Shown here piece after piece: positions 19,885 to 29,809 of a stretch of 64,000 bases of DNA; position 1 is the stretch's first letter, and every line of letters begins with the position of its first letter. A model generated the notes under the pieces. The model saw only the letters and a list, made by a program, of their open reading frames with translations. It made no database searches and was not told where the DNA came from. The stretch is from contig OZ250183.1 of assembly GCA_965238225.1 (NCBI GenBank), positions 1,024,001 to 1,088,000 on the forward strand. The letters are read 5' to 3'. This DNA comes from Gammaproteobacteria bacterium (GTDB lineage: Bacteria > Pseudomonadota > Gammaproteobacteria > Eutrophobiales > Eutrophobiaceae). A program made the translations under genes and the position numbers.

Positions 19885-21912
19885 TTGTTTATTAAGATTA
19901 GTTTTATGAAGTCAGTCGATACCACCCTATCCAATATGTTTATGTGCGCAATGGTTTTATTTGAACGCCTTGCGCTGGTCTTTTTTCTTGCAGCTTTGTC
20001 TGCACAGGCGGCTCGAGCTGTTACGGTTGATACACTAACAACCAACGATACAACGCCAACAATCACCGGCACACTTGCGACAGGTGAGACACTAAACTCT
20101 GTAACGGTAAACGGTGTTGCTACCAATACACCTGTTGTTGATACCAGCGGAACCCCAACCACATGGCGTGCGCAAGTGGCAAGTGCGCTTGCTGAAGGCA
20201 CTTATCAAGTCATTGCAACAGTCGCTGATTCAGGAGGCAGTACACTGCAAGACACTACAACAAACGAACTAACGGTGGATACCACTCGCCCAAGCCTGTC
20301 ATCACGGGCACCCGATGGCGGCGAAGATTTTCCGGCAAATAGCAATGTTATTTTGGTGTTTGATGAGCCAGTGCGTACCGGTGCGGGTAATATCACCATT
20401 ACCGGAGCAGGCTCCAGTATACGCATTTCTGCAAATGATACATCCCAAGTCACAGGCAGCGGCACTGCTGACATTGTCATCAACCCAAGCAACGATCTTG
20501 ATCTGGGGCAAGGTTATGAGTTGAGCATTTCAACAACAGCCTTTACTGACCTTGCAGGTAATGCTTACGGCGGTGGCAGTGTTAATTTTACTGTAGTCGC
20601 GGCAACGTCCCCTCCTGACCCAGGGACTCCCGTCTCTAACACGGCAATTAATGAAGATATAGCGAGCCTTATTGAAACCCAAGCTGATATGGTAGTGCAG
20701 TGGGCGTATACCTCGATGAGCCCCATGACAGACCGTATGAGTTGGTTACGTCGCAACAGATGCAGCAAAGATATATCCCAGAAAGACATCAAGTACAGGT
20801 GTAGAAAAGAGCTATCTCATCAGGGTATTCGTCTTAATTTTGCAAACCCAGCACTGGATGCGCTCTTTAATGCACAGCTCAAAGAAAATAGTCGGTTTAC
20901 CCAAAAACGGTTTGCAGATATGGCAAAGACACTTAGCCATCATCATGGCAATTCCACAATAAATGAGCTCAAAAAAGAGCTGGGCAGGCACGCCATTAAT
21001 GAATTTGCTAAATTAAAGCGCGACACCTTAAATAAATATCTAGGCAAACATATTGCGCTAACACCGGCAATAGGCATCAGTGATACTTGGGCAATTTGGA
21101 CAGCAGGGAACGTCACTTTTGGTGATTTTGATAAAACGGGCACGACCTCCAAACAAAAGACACGCTCAAACAGCATTTCTTTTGGCGTAGATAGATACTT
21201 AGGCAATGATCACCTCTTAGGTCTTGCTGCAAGCCTGGGGACTATTGATGCCGATGTCAACGCTGCCAGCACTGCGGAAATAAAGTCAGACGCTTATAGC
21301 CTGTCAGTTTACAGTGCCTTTCAACAAGATAATAACGTCGCCATCGAGAGTATTGTGGGCATGGCTCGCATTGATGCGAATACTCAAAGACGCGACAGTA
21401 ACAATGTGTTGCTGACAGGCAGCCGTGATATAAAACAACTGTTTGCATCCTTAACCTTTAGGGGCAGCTTCCAACAGCAGGCAATGAATCTCTCTCCTTA
21501 TGGCAGGATGAGTGCCTCCTATACCCGATTAGACGGCTATGCGGAATCTGGTTCAGATGCTGCGCTTGTCTATGCACACCAAAGCATTAACGATGTAGCG
21601 CTATACACAGGGCTTGATATCGACTATCTAATCGCAATGCACAAGAGCACACTTAGACCCTATGCCCTTATAGAGTATGGTGCCAATTTAAACCTTGGCT
21701 CTGACGCTAATCTCTATTACCTTAGTGTGCCAGGCGAAACACCACGCACAATAGCGACAGATGATGACACGACACATAACTTGAAATTTGGTGTGGGGCT
21801 TGAATATCAAGCTCAAAACGGCGCTTATGGGTCGGTAACTTACAAGCGTACTGAGATTATAGACTCAGGTCATACAGATAGTTTTGACCTAGAGCTAGGC
21901 TTTGAGTTTTGA
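19885..21912 (+). CDS. Autotransporter-type adhesin 3 (short, about two Ig-like domains); start uncertain
   Basis: RLALVFFLAALSAQAARA signal-like segment, N-terminal domain shared with adhesins 1/2, beta-barrel ending LELGFEF. Confidence 0.85.
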   Translation: MFIKISFMKSVDTTLSNMFMCAMVLFERLALVFFLAALSAQAARAVTVDTLTTNDTTPTITGTLATGETLNSVTVNGVATNTPVVDTSGTPTTWRAQVASALAEGTYQVIATVADSGGSTLQDTTTNELTVDTTRPSLSSRAPDGGEDFPANSNVILVFDEPVRTGAGNITITGAGSSIRISANDTSQVTGSGTADIVINPSNDLDLGQGYELSISTTAFTDLAGNAYGGGSVNFTVVAATSPPDPGTPVSNTAINEDIASLIETQADMVVQWAYTSMSPMTDRMSWLRRNRCSKDISQKDIKYRCRKELSHQGIRLNFANPALDALFNAQLKENSRFTQKRFADMAKTLSHHHGNSTINELKKELGRHAINEFAKLKRDTLNKYLGKHIALTPAIGISDTWAIWTAGNVTFGDFDKTGTTSKQKTRSNSISFGVDRYLGNDHLLGLAASLGTIDADVNAASTAEIKSDAYSLSVYSAFQQDNNVAIESIVGMARIDANTQRRDSNNVLLTGSRDIKQLFASLTFRGSFQQQAMNLSPYGRMSASYTRLDGYAESGSDAALVYAHQSINDVALYTGLDIDYLIAMHKSTLRPYALIEYGANLNLGSDANLYYLSVPGETPRTIATDDDTTHNLKFGVGLEYQAQNGAYGSVTYKRTEIIDSGHTDSFDLELGFEF

Positions 21913-22117
21913 ATGTGCAGCTCAGGCCTTAGGTAAAGCGGCATTCACAGGCGGTCTATAGTCTTTTTAAGTTATTAAAGCTACAGGTTGGGGATGATTC
22001 TGGTGTTTATTTTTAAGGGGGTTGTATCACTTCTTTTTTGTGCACAGTCTCATATTCTTTAAAGGTCTCAGCGTGCCATACAGATGCCGCCCATCTTTAG
22101 TGCTGTAATTTAACCTC

Positions 22118-22603
22118 TTAACAGGCTGTCATGTTTTGCAGTTTTATATATTGCCTATACTCGGCAGGTATATTCCCTGTAACAGCACATGCCCATGATC
22201 CTGTACCATCAGGTCCAATTGTAATGAGCGCTCCTGCAAAGGGCCCTCCATTAATTTGGCAAGTTATTCGATTGGCGAATATAGTTTGAAATGCGCATGC
22301 GCCATCACTGCTTTGTGTCGTCATACCAATCCAGCCACGGTCATTTGGATCCCAACTCGGCGTTTGTCCTGAATTTTCTGCCAATTCAAATCCTCTCTTG
22401 GCATGCGTAAGCTCTGTCACAACGGTGGCTAATTGCGCCTTTTTGGTATAATTTTGATAGTTTGGCAATGCAATTGAGGATAAAATACCAATGATCGCAA
22501 CTACAATCATCAATTCAATCAAGGTGAAACCCTGTTGCTTGGTTTTCACTGGTTGCTTGGTTTTCACTAGTTGCTTGGTTCTCACTGGTTGCTTGGTTCT
22601 CAC
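22118..22603 (-). CDS. Type IVa pilin (copy 2); GTG start, leader built of 18-bp repeats
   Basis: QQG|[24 protein letters not shown], four Cys. Confidence 0.9.
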   Translation of the reverse strand: MRTKQPVRTKQLVKTKQPVKTKQQGFTLIELMIVVAIIGILSSIALPNYQNYTKKAQLATVVTELTHAKRGFELAENSGQTPSWDPNDRGWIGMTTQSSDGACAFQTIFANRITCQINGGPFAGALITIGPDGTGSWACAVTGNIPAEYRQYIKLQNMTAC

Positions 22604-22604
22604 T
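22535..22604 (-). repeat. 18-bp tandem repeat x~4 (GTGARAACCAAGCAACYA on minus strand)
   Basis: Read directly; encodes [24 protein letters not shown], each unit starting with GTG. Confidence 0.93.
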
Positions 22605-22837
22605 AATTTAACCTCTCATCTACATTAATATATATTTTAATTTAATGTTTTAATATTAACATATCAATTTGTTTTTTTTAAGTTATTGTAGATGCATGTA
22701 GAGACAAAGACTGTATGATCAACAGTCTCAGTGCCACCACAACGCAGACTTTGCCGGTCTTCAGCACCATAAACTAACCTTAAATTATAGTGCCCGCCAA
22801 AGGAAACAGCAACACAACAGACTAAGGCAGCCTGAAT

Positions 22838-22867
22838 AAAAAAAAGGGATCTGTATAAGATCCCTTT
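22838..22867 (-). terminator. Rho-independent terminator of RTX protein 1
   Basis: AAAGGGATCT-5 nt-AGATCCCTTT stem with T-tract on minus strand. Confidence 0.75.
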
Positions 22868-22919
22868 ATTGTATAACTTAAAGCTTTATTTCACTTAAGA
22901 ATCCAGTGTGATTGCACTA

Positions 22920-24197
22920 TTACGCAGCAGCAGCACCGTCTTGCCAAATAGTATCCACTAAGTTTGGAGATGCTTCGGTAAATCCTTGCGCTATAACACT
23001 GCCTGCACCAAGCGGTACATCATAAGCTGCCATGGCTTGAACCAATATGCCGACCCCTTCTCTTGATAATGTTAAGAGTGAGTCAGGCGCTCCGCCTACT
23101 CCGTCTATATTGGTTTCGATACTGTCTAGTTTGAAAACATCATTTGCGTACCAGCGCTTGACCGTCACTTGATCATCGGTGCCAACAATGGTGATCAGTA
23201 AATCTGTATTATTTTTGCTAAACCATAGGTCTTCTATTGATACATTGTCATATTTCAATTTATCTTCACTGGTTGAGCCTGCATCATAATTATTAATGAT
23301 TGCACTATCGTCACCTCGGGAGAACAGATAAGTATCGTTACCCCTGCCTCCAGACAAGGTATCCGTACCAGCACCACCGCTTAGGGTGTCATTGCCGTTA
23401 CCGCCATTCAAGGTATCGTTACCAGCACCTCCACTCAAGGTGTCATCATCGTTACCGCCATATAGGGTATCGTTGCCGTCACCGCCATTTAAGATATCGT
23501 TGCCGTTACCGCCATACAGGATATCGTTGCCGTCACCGCCATTCAAGGTATCATTGCCGTTTTGTCCATAAAGGGTATCGTCACCCGCACCACCGCTTAG
23601 GGTGTCATCATCGTTACCGCCATACAGGGTATCGTTACCCGTACCGCCATTTAAGATATCGTTGCCGTTACCGCCATACAGGATATCGTTGCCGTCATCG
23701 CCATTTAAGGTGTCAGCGCCGTTTTGTCCATACAGCTTATCGTCACCCGCGCCGCCATTTAAGGTGTCATCGTGGTTACCGCCATACAGCTTACTATCGT
23801 TACCCGCACCGCCATGAAGCGTATCATTGTCGTTACCGCCATAAAGCTCATCGTTACCGTCATCGCCATGAAGCGTATCATCGCCGTTTTGTCCATACAG
23901 CTTATCGTTGCCCGTATCGCCTTCAAGCGTATCGTCGCCGTTACCGCCATAAAGGGTATCGTTACCGTCACCTAAGCCTACTAAGCCATTGTTGCCGTCA
24001 CCTCCCTGCAAGTTATCGTTACCATCACCGCCATACAGGGTATCGTCACCGCCATTTCCCACCAATAAATCTGCACCTTGACGCCCATACAAGCCATCGT
24101 TACCCGTACCGCCACTTAAGATATCACCTGCATCACTTCCATACACATCCTCGCCATCATCGTGGGCGGCTTGAAAAACTGCTTGTTGGTGTGCCAT
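22920..24197 (-). CDS. RTX calcium-binding repeat protein 1 (probable type I secretion substrate)
   Basis: About 30 GGxGxDxLx nonapeptides plus C-terminal [26 protein letters not shown] domain; GGAGG RBS before ATG 24197. Confidence 0.88.
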   Translation of the reverse strand: MAHQQAVFQAAHDDGEDVYGSDAGDILSGGTGNDGLYGRQGADLLVGNGGDDTLYGGDGNDNLQGGDGNNGLVGLGDGNDTLYGGNGDDTLEGDTGNDKLYGQNGDDTLHGDDGNDELYGGNDNDTLHGGAGNDSKLYGGNHDDTLNGGAGDDKLYGQNGADTLNGDDGNDILYGGNGNDILNGGTGNDTLYGGNDDDTLSGGAGDDTLYGQNGNDTLNGGDGNDILYGGNGNDILNGGDGNDTLYGGNDDDTLSGGAGNDTLNGGNGNDTLSGGAGTDTLSGGRGNDTYLFSRGDDSAIINNYDAGSTSEDKLKYDNVSIEDLWFSKNNTDLLITIVGTDDQVTVKRWYANDVFKLDSIETNIDGVGGAPDSLLTLSREGVGILVQAMAAYDVPLGAGSVIAQGFTEASPNLVDTIWQDGAAAA

Positions 24198-24544
24198 CAA
24201 TAAATCCTCCAATATTATTACGTTTTAATTATTACGTTTTAAAATAAATTTTTGTTAAGCTTGCTATCTTTTTTAATACTTAATTCTTTCAAATCTTAAT
24301 CTTAAAGTAAGTCGATAATCCAGTGAGTTGATAATCTTAAAGTCTGCATCTTTGGTTGCCATTTAAAGCATTTTTAAGAAAAAATCCCGCAATGTATAAG
24401 GCGGAAGATACCCTAAAAAATCATTATATGAAAGTAGAAAATACACCTAAAACCCCTTAAGCTTTGACGTATGATCAAAGATTGGTGCAAAAGTTTCACA
24501 CTGATTTCGGTTATGCTAAACCTGAATTATACCCGTGGTGCTTA

Positions 24545-24619
24545 GTAATGAAATGGTAATGAAATGGTAATGAAATGGTAATGAAATGGTAATGAAATGG
24601 TAATGAAATGGTAATGAAA
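24545..24619. repeat. 11-bp tandem repeat GTAATGAAATG x6.8 upstream of RTX1
   Basis: Read directly; only ~1.7 degenerate units at the paralogous site (about 26320-26338). Confidence 0.95.
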
Positions 24620-24720
24620 AGATTAAAGTTGCTCATTTTTATACAGTGAATACCCATACAGTGAATACCATTATTTTTTCATCAAAAAAGCCAATTACAT
24701 TAGACTAAGGCAACCTGAAT

Positions 24721-24746
24721 AAAAAAAGGGATCTACACAAGATCCC
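24721..24746 (-). terminator. Rho-independent terminator of RTX protein 2
   Basis: GGGATCT-5 nt-AGATCCC stem with 7-T tract on minus strand; paralog of 22838-22867. Confidence 0.75.
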
Positions 24747-24804
24747 CTTCATATATATAACTTAAACCTTTAATTTCACTTAAGAATCCAGTGTGATTGC
24801 ACTA

Positions 24805-26169
24805 TTACGCAGCAGCAGCACCGTCTTGCCAAGTATTATCCACTAAGTTTGGAGATGCTTCAGTAAATCCTTGCGCTATAACACTGCCTGCACCAAGCGG
24901 TACATCATAAGTTGCCATGGCTTGAACCAATGTGTCGACCCCGTCTCTTGATAATGATAAGAGTAAGTCAGGCGCTCCGCCTACTCCGTCTATATTGGTT
25001 TCGATACTGTCTAGCTTGAGAACATCATCTGAGTACCAGCGCTTGACCGTCACTTGATCATCGGTGCCAACAATGGTGATCAGTAAATCTGTATTATTTT
25101 TGCTAAACCATAAGTCTCGTGCGTCTACAGCCTGAAATAGTAATTTATCTTCACTCGCTGGGCCTATATCATAATTATTAATGATTGCACTATCGTCACC
25201 TCGGGAGAACAGATAAGTATCGTTACCCCTGCCTCCAGACAAAGTATCGTTACCAGCACCACCGCTTAGGGTGTCATTGCCGTTTTGTCCATAAAGGGTA
25301 TCGTTACCAGCACCACCGCTTAGGGTGTCATTGTCGTTACCGCCATACAGGGTATCGTTACCCGTACCGCCATTTAAGGTATCGTTGCCGTTACCGCCAT
25401 ACAGCTTATCGTTGCCGTTACCTCCATTCAAGGTATCGTTACCGTTTTGTCCATACAGCTTATCGTCACCCGCATTGCCGCTTAGGGTGTCATCGTCATT
25501 GCCGCCATACAGCTTATCGTTGCCGTTACCTCCGTTTAAGATATCGTTACCGTTACCGCCATAAAGCTCATCGTTGCCGCTATCTCCATTCAAGGTATCA
25601 TCGCCGTTTTGTCCATACAGCTTGTCGTCACCCACGCCGCCTGCAAGCACATCATTGCCGTTGCCTCCATACAGTTTGTCGTTACCGGTACCGCCTTTAA
25701 GCGCATCATCACCGTTATCTCCGCTTAAGGTATCATTGCCTGTCCAGCCGCTTAGGGTATCGTCACCGTCACCTCCGATTAAATAATCGTTACCGTTACC
25801 TCCCTCTAGGGTATCGCCACCCGTACCGCCGTCTAAAATGTCGTGACCGTTACCGCCATACAGCTTATCGTCACCGTTACCTCCATTTAAGGTATTGTTA
25901 CCCTTCCAGCCATACAGCTTATCGTTACCGTCACCTCCATTTAAGGTATCGTCACCACCGCCTCCCCACAACCTATCGTTACCGTCATCTCCATTTAAGG
26001 TATTGTTACCGTTAACTCCATTTAAGTAATCGTCACCGTCACCTCCATTTAAATAATCGTTACCGTTACCTCCGATTAAATAATCGTTACCGCCAAGTCC
26101 ATACAAGGACTCGCCGTTATTATTGGCAACGAGAAAGTCAAATCCATTACTGCCTATTTGTGTAGTCAT
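24805..26169 (-). CDS. RTX calcium-binding repeat protein 2 (paralog of RTX1)
   Basis: About 34 nonapeptides plus near-identical C-terminal domain ending WQDGAAAA; GGAGG RBS. Confidence 0.88.
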   Translation of the reverse strand: MTTQIGSNGFDFLVANNNGESLYGLGGNDYLIGGNGNDYLNGGDGDDYLNGVNGNNTLNGDDGNDRLWGGGGDDTLNGGDGNDKLYGWKGNNTLNGGNGDDKLYGGNGHDILDGGTGGDTLEGGNGNDYLIGGDGDDTLSGWTGNDTLSGDNGDDALKGGTGNDKLYGGNGNDVLAGGVGDDKLYGQNGDDTLNGDSGNDELYGGNGNDILNGGNGNDKLYGGNDDDTLSGNAGDDKLYGQNGNDTLNGGNGNDKLYGGNGNDTLNGGTGNDTLYGGNDNDTLSGGAGNDTLYGQNGNDTLSGGAGNDTLSGGRGNDTYLFSRGDDSAIINNYDIGPASEDKLLFQAVDARDLWFSKNNTDLLITIVGTDDQVTVKRWYSDDVLKLDSIETNIDGVGGAPDLLLSLSRDGVDTLVQAMATYDVPLGAGSVIAQGFTEASPNLVDNTWQDGAAAA

Positions 26170-26473
26170 CAATTAAATCCTCCAGTTATTATATATTTGT
26201 GTATTAGCTATAAGAAACGTACAAATCCCCTAACCATTAGACGTTATGACCAAAGATTGGTGCAAAAGTTCCATACTAGTTTCGGTTATGCTAAACCTGA
26301 ATTATACCCATGGTGCTTAGCAATGAAATGGTAATAAAAAAATTAAAGTTGCTCATTCAAATTCTCTTAGGGAGTATGTATACAGCTGAAAGCGATGGCA
26401 ACAACTATTAACAAACTTAAGAAGTGTGGTCGTCTAAATGCACTGCGGGTAACCTTAACTAAGACTTAAGTCT

Positions 26474-26920
26474 TTACTCGGGGCAGGCTGTCATATTACC
26501 TAGCTTTATATATTTCTTATACTTAGGAGGTAAAGATGCAGACATACATGTCCAAGTCGAAGATGTAGACCTGGAGCCGATTATAATGAACGTTCTTGCA
26601 AAGTGTCCTCTGTTAATCAGGCAAACTATTACATCGGATGTGTCGGATTGTATATCATAAAACCTGCATGCGCCATCACTGCTTTGTTCAACCATACCAA
26701 TCCAGCCTGAGTCGTTTGGATCCCAACTCGGCGTTTGTCCCGAATTTGTTGCCAATTCAAACCCTCTCTTGGCATGCTCAAGCTCTGCCACAACGGCGGC
26801 TAATTGCGCCTTTCTGGTATAATTTTGATAGGTCGGCAGCGCAATTGTAAACAAAACGCCAATAATTGTGACTACAATCATCAATTCAATCAAGGTAAAG
26901 CCCTGTTGTTTGTTGTTCAT
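26474..26920 (-). CDS. Type IVa pilin (copy 3)
   Basis: MNNKQQG|[18 protein letters not shown]; close paralog of copy 2. Confidence 0.9.
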   Translation of the reverse strand: MNNKQQGFTLIELMIVVTIIGVLFTIALPTYQNYTRKAQLAAVVAELEHAKRGFELATNSGQTPSWDPNDSGWIGMVEQSSDGACRFYDIQSDTSDVIVCLINRGHFARTFIIIGSRSTSSTWTCMSASLPPKYKKYIKLGNMTACPE

Positions 26921-27223
26921 GCTGTAACTGCCGCGCATTTATACCAACGCATCATTATATCACCATCATTGTGATCTACAACATTTTCCGTCAAACTCTA
27001 TTATATTTCAGTTAATTTAGATGACTCATTATAACCGATACTGTGTTTATAACACATACCTCAATAGAAAAATCAGCCGAATAGAACAGCTTTTATAGTT
27101 GCCTGCACAAAAGACATCTTACAAAATATTAAAAGAGCAATTATAATGATGATTCTTAAAATTAATGTGTCGTAGGTCATGTGTATGTTAAAAATAGACA
27201 TACGTCTGGGGTAAAAAACGAAT

Positions 27224-28393
27224 ATGAATCTGCACGAATATCAGGCCAAACATTTATTATCAGAATACGATATCGCTATCCCGTTCGGGAAACCAGCGCA
27301 GACTGTTCCTGAGGCATTGTCACATGCTAAATCAATAAAGGGCAATGGTTGGATCGTTAAAGCTCAGATTCATGCTGGAGGCAGAGGCAAAGGAGGTGGC
27401 GTAAAATTTGTTCGTGATTTAAAAGAATTAGAATACACCTCAAAACAATTACTCGGTTCAAAACTGATTACAAAACAGACAGATGCAGAAGGGCAGCCCG
27501 TTAATTGTGTTTTAATTCAAGAACCAATTGAAATAAAGAAAGAGCTTTATTTAAGTTTACTGCTTGACCGTTGCAAGGAACGTATTAGCATTATCGCATC
27601 ATTAGAGGGTGGTGCGGATATTGAAGAAGTCGCCGCATCTTCCCCAGAAAAGATAAAAACGATTCACGTAGATCCGCTTTTAGGTCCGCAGCCTTTTCAG
27701 TATCAGCTGCTTTGCGGAATTTTAGAGCTTGTTAAGGAACAAAAGAAACAATTTTCGCAAATAGTTGACCAACTCTACCAAATGTTTATTGATAAAGATT
27801 TAAGTCTAATCGAAATCAATCCGCTCGTTATTGACGATAAAGATAATTTATTGGCATTGGATGCTAAAATCAGCGTTGATGACAATGCTTTGCCTCGGCA
27901 AACTACACTGGCAGAATGCTTTGACGCATCACAAGAAAATGAACAAGAAATTGAAGCGAGACGTTATGACCTCAATTACATTAAATTAGGCGGTGATATA
28001 GCTTGCATGGTAAATGGCGCAGGCTTGGCTATGGCAACAATGGACATTATCAAATTGTATGGAGGAGAACCGGCTAATTTTCTTGATGTAGGCGGTGGGA
28101 CTGATGCCGATAAAGTCAAAAAAGCCTTTAAAATCATTTCTTCGACACCTGATTTGAAGGCAATCCTGATTAATATCTTTGGCGGCATTGTCCGTTGCGA
28201 TCTGGTCGCAACCGGCATTATTAATGCTGTTAAGGATATCGGTATTCATGTGCCTATTGTGGTTCGTTTAGAAGGCACTTATTCTGGAGAAGCAAAAAAA
28301 ATATTGCATGACAGCGGATTAAAGATCATTGCGGCCAACGACCTTGCTGATGCCGCAGAAAAAGTGGTTGCCGCTTCTCAAGGGAAATCTTAA
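27224..28393 (+). CDS. sucC: Succinyl-CoA ligase beta subunit
   Basis: [54 protein letters not shown]. Confidence 0.98.
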   Translation: MNLHEYQAKHLLSEYDIAIPFGKPAQTVPEALSHAKSIKGNGWIVKAQIHAGGRGKGGGVKFVRDLKELEYTSKQLLGSKLITKQTDAEGQPVNCVLIQEPIEIKKELYLSLLLDRCKERISIIASLEGGADIEEVAASSPEKIKTIHVDPLLGPQPFQYQLLCGILELVKEQKKQFSQIVDQLYQMFIDKDLSLIEINPLVIDDKDNLLALDAKISVDDNALPRQTTLAECFDASQENEQEIEARRYDLNYIKLGGDIACMVNGAGLAMATMDIIKLYGGEPANFLDVGGGTDADKVKKAFKIISSTPDLKAILINIFGGIVRCDLVATGIINAVKDIGIHVPIVVRLEGTYSGEAKKILHDSGLKIIAANDLADAAEKVVAASQGKS

Positions 28394-29271
28394 TGGCAAT
28401 TTTAATAAACAAACAAACTAAAGTTATATGTCAAGGTTTTACGGGCAAACAAGGCACTTTTCATTCACAACAAGCACTGGATTACGGAACACAATTAGTC
28501 GGCGGTATTACACCCGGTAAAGGCGGTGAAAGGCATCTTAATTTACCGGTTTTTAATACCGTTTATGAAGCTATGGAAAAAACAAATGCCGATGCCAGCA
28601 TGATCCTTGTGCCACCGCTTTTTGCGGCAACTGCTATTTTCGAAGCAGCAGATGCTGGAATTCTACTCATTGTTTGTATCACAGAAGGTATACCAGTTTT
28701 GGATATGTTAAAGATAAAGACCAGTCTAAAACAATACCCAGATACCAGATTGGTCGGCCCTAATTGTCCTGGCGTTATTACACCGGGCGAATGCAAGATA
28801 GGTATTATGCCTGGAAGTATACATTTGCCAGGAAAAATTGGTGTTGTTTCACGTTCTGGCACGCTGACCTATGAAGCTGTACATCAAACGACACAATTAG
28901 GTTTAGGGCAGAGCACTTGTGTCGGTATTGGCGGCGATCCTATTTACGGGATGAACTTCATTGATTGTTTAAAATTGTTTAATGATGATCCTGCGACTGA
29001 AGGCATCATCATGGTCGGTGAGATTGGCGGTACGGCTGAAGAAGAGGCCGCCCACTATATTAAAGCACACGTCAAAAAACCCGTTGTCAGTTATATAGCG
29101 GGAGTAACCGCACCTCCGGGTAAGCGCATGGGACACGCGGGCGCTATTATTGCAGGCGGGAAGGGGACAGCTCAGGATAAATATGCTGCACTTGAAGCTG
29201 CTGGTGTCAGTATTGTTTCTTCGCCTGCTGATATGGGAATGCAAATAAATAAATTATTAAAGAGCGCCTGA
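28393..29271 (+). CDS. sucD: Succinyl-CoA ligase alpha subunit
   Basis: [34 protein letters not shown]. Confidence 0.98.
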   Translation: MAILINKQTKVICQGFTGKQGTFHSQQALDYGTQLVGGITPGKGGERHLNLPVFNTVYEAMEKTNADASMILVPPLFAATAIFEAADAGILLIVCITEGIPVLDMLKIKTSLKQYPDTRLVGPNCPGVITPGECKIGIMPGSIHLPGKIGVVSRSGTLTYEAVHQTTQLGLGQSTCVGIGGDPIYGMNFIDCLKLFNDDPATEGIIMVGEIGGTAEEEAAHYIKAHVKKPVVSYIAGVTAPPGKRMGHAGAIIAGGKGTAQDKYAALEAAGVSIVSSPADMGMQINKLLKSA

Positions 29272-29530
29272 TTTTATTCTTAAATGCTCGTAATAAAGCA
29301 AATATACCAGTGAATATACCAAGGGTTTAATTTTTACGGAATTTCCTAGTTTAAGGTGTTAATGCGGAAGATTATATTTTTTACTAAGATTCATTCAAAT
29401 CTCTTCCAATTTGGTGAAGGCCTCATTAAAGCAATGACTGCGGCAAGATGTTCTTTCAGTAGAGGGTGACCATAATTAGTATGATGACTAATAAGCTTGG
29501 TGTTCTTGGTTTTTTGCCACTTCCTCTGTT

Positions 29531-29558
29531 ATTTAACATAATATACATTATGCGCATA
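29531..29558 (-). other. Chromosome dimer resolution site dif (XerC/XerD)
   Basis: Minus strand TATGCGCATAA-TGTATA-TTATGTTAAAT, 26/28 identical to E. coli dif; intergenic, genes converge here. Confidence 0.93.
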
Positions 29559-29625
29559 TATTATTAGAAAATATTATCAAATCAGAGTTTTTGAAAATGC
29601 CAGACACCTTAAATGTGGCAGCTCT

Positions 29626-29787
29626 CATTATGTTTAGAACTTGAAATTATCGATAAATAACTTTAGATATTAGATTTATCTATTTGAATTTAATAATATT
29701 ATTACATTATGTTTAGAACTTGAAATTATCGATAAATAACTTTAGATATTAGATTTATCTATTTGAATTTAATAATATTATTACATT
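29626..29787. repeat. 79-bp AT-rich perfect tandem duplication
   Basis: CATTATGTTTAGAAC... starts at 29626 and again at 29705. Confidence 0.9.
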
Positions 29788-29809
29788 CATTTAATATCGT
29801 TTATTAAGC

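Noticed and set aside
24545-24619. CRISPR array
   Set aside because: Contiguous 11-bp units with no spacers; no cas genes. The same applies to the 15-, 18-, 79- and 270-bp repeats.
23300-25786. His/Arg-rich and Pro/Ser-rich ORFs on the + strand
   Set aside because: Antisense shadows of the RTX repeat codons.
18720-27223. Prophage or ICE integrated at tRNA-Leu
   Set aside because: No integrase or phage genes, and no duplicated tRNA 3' end seen before sucC.
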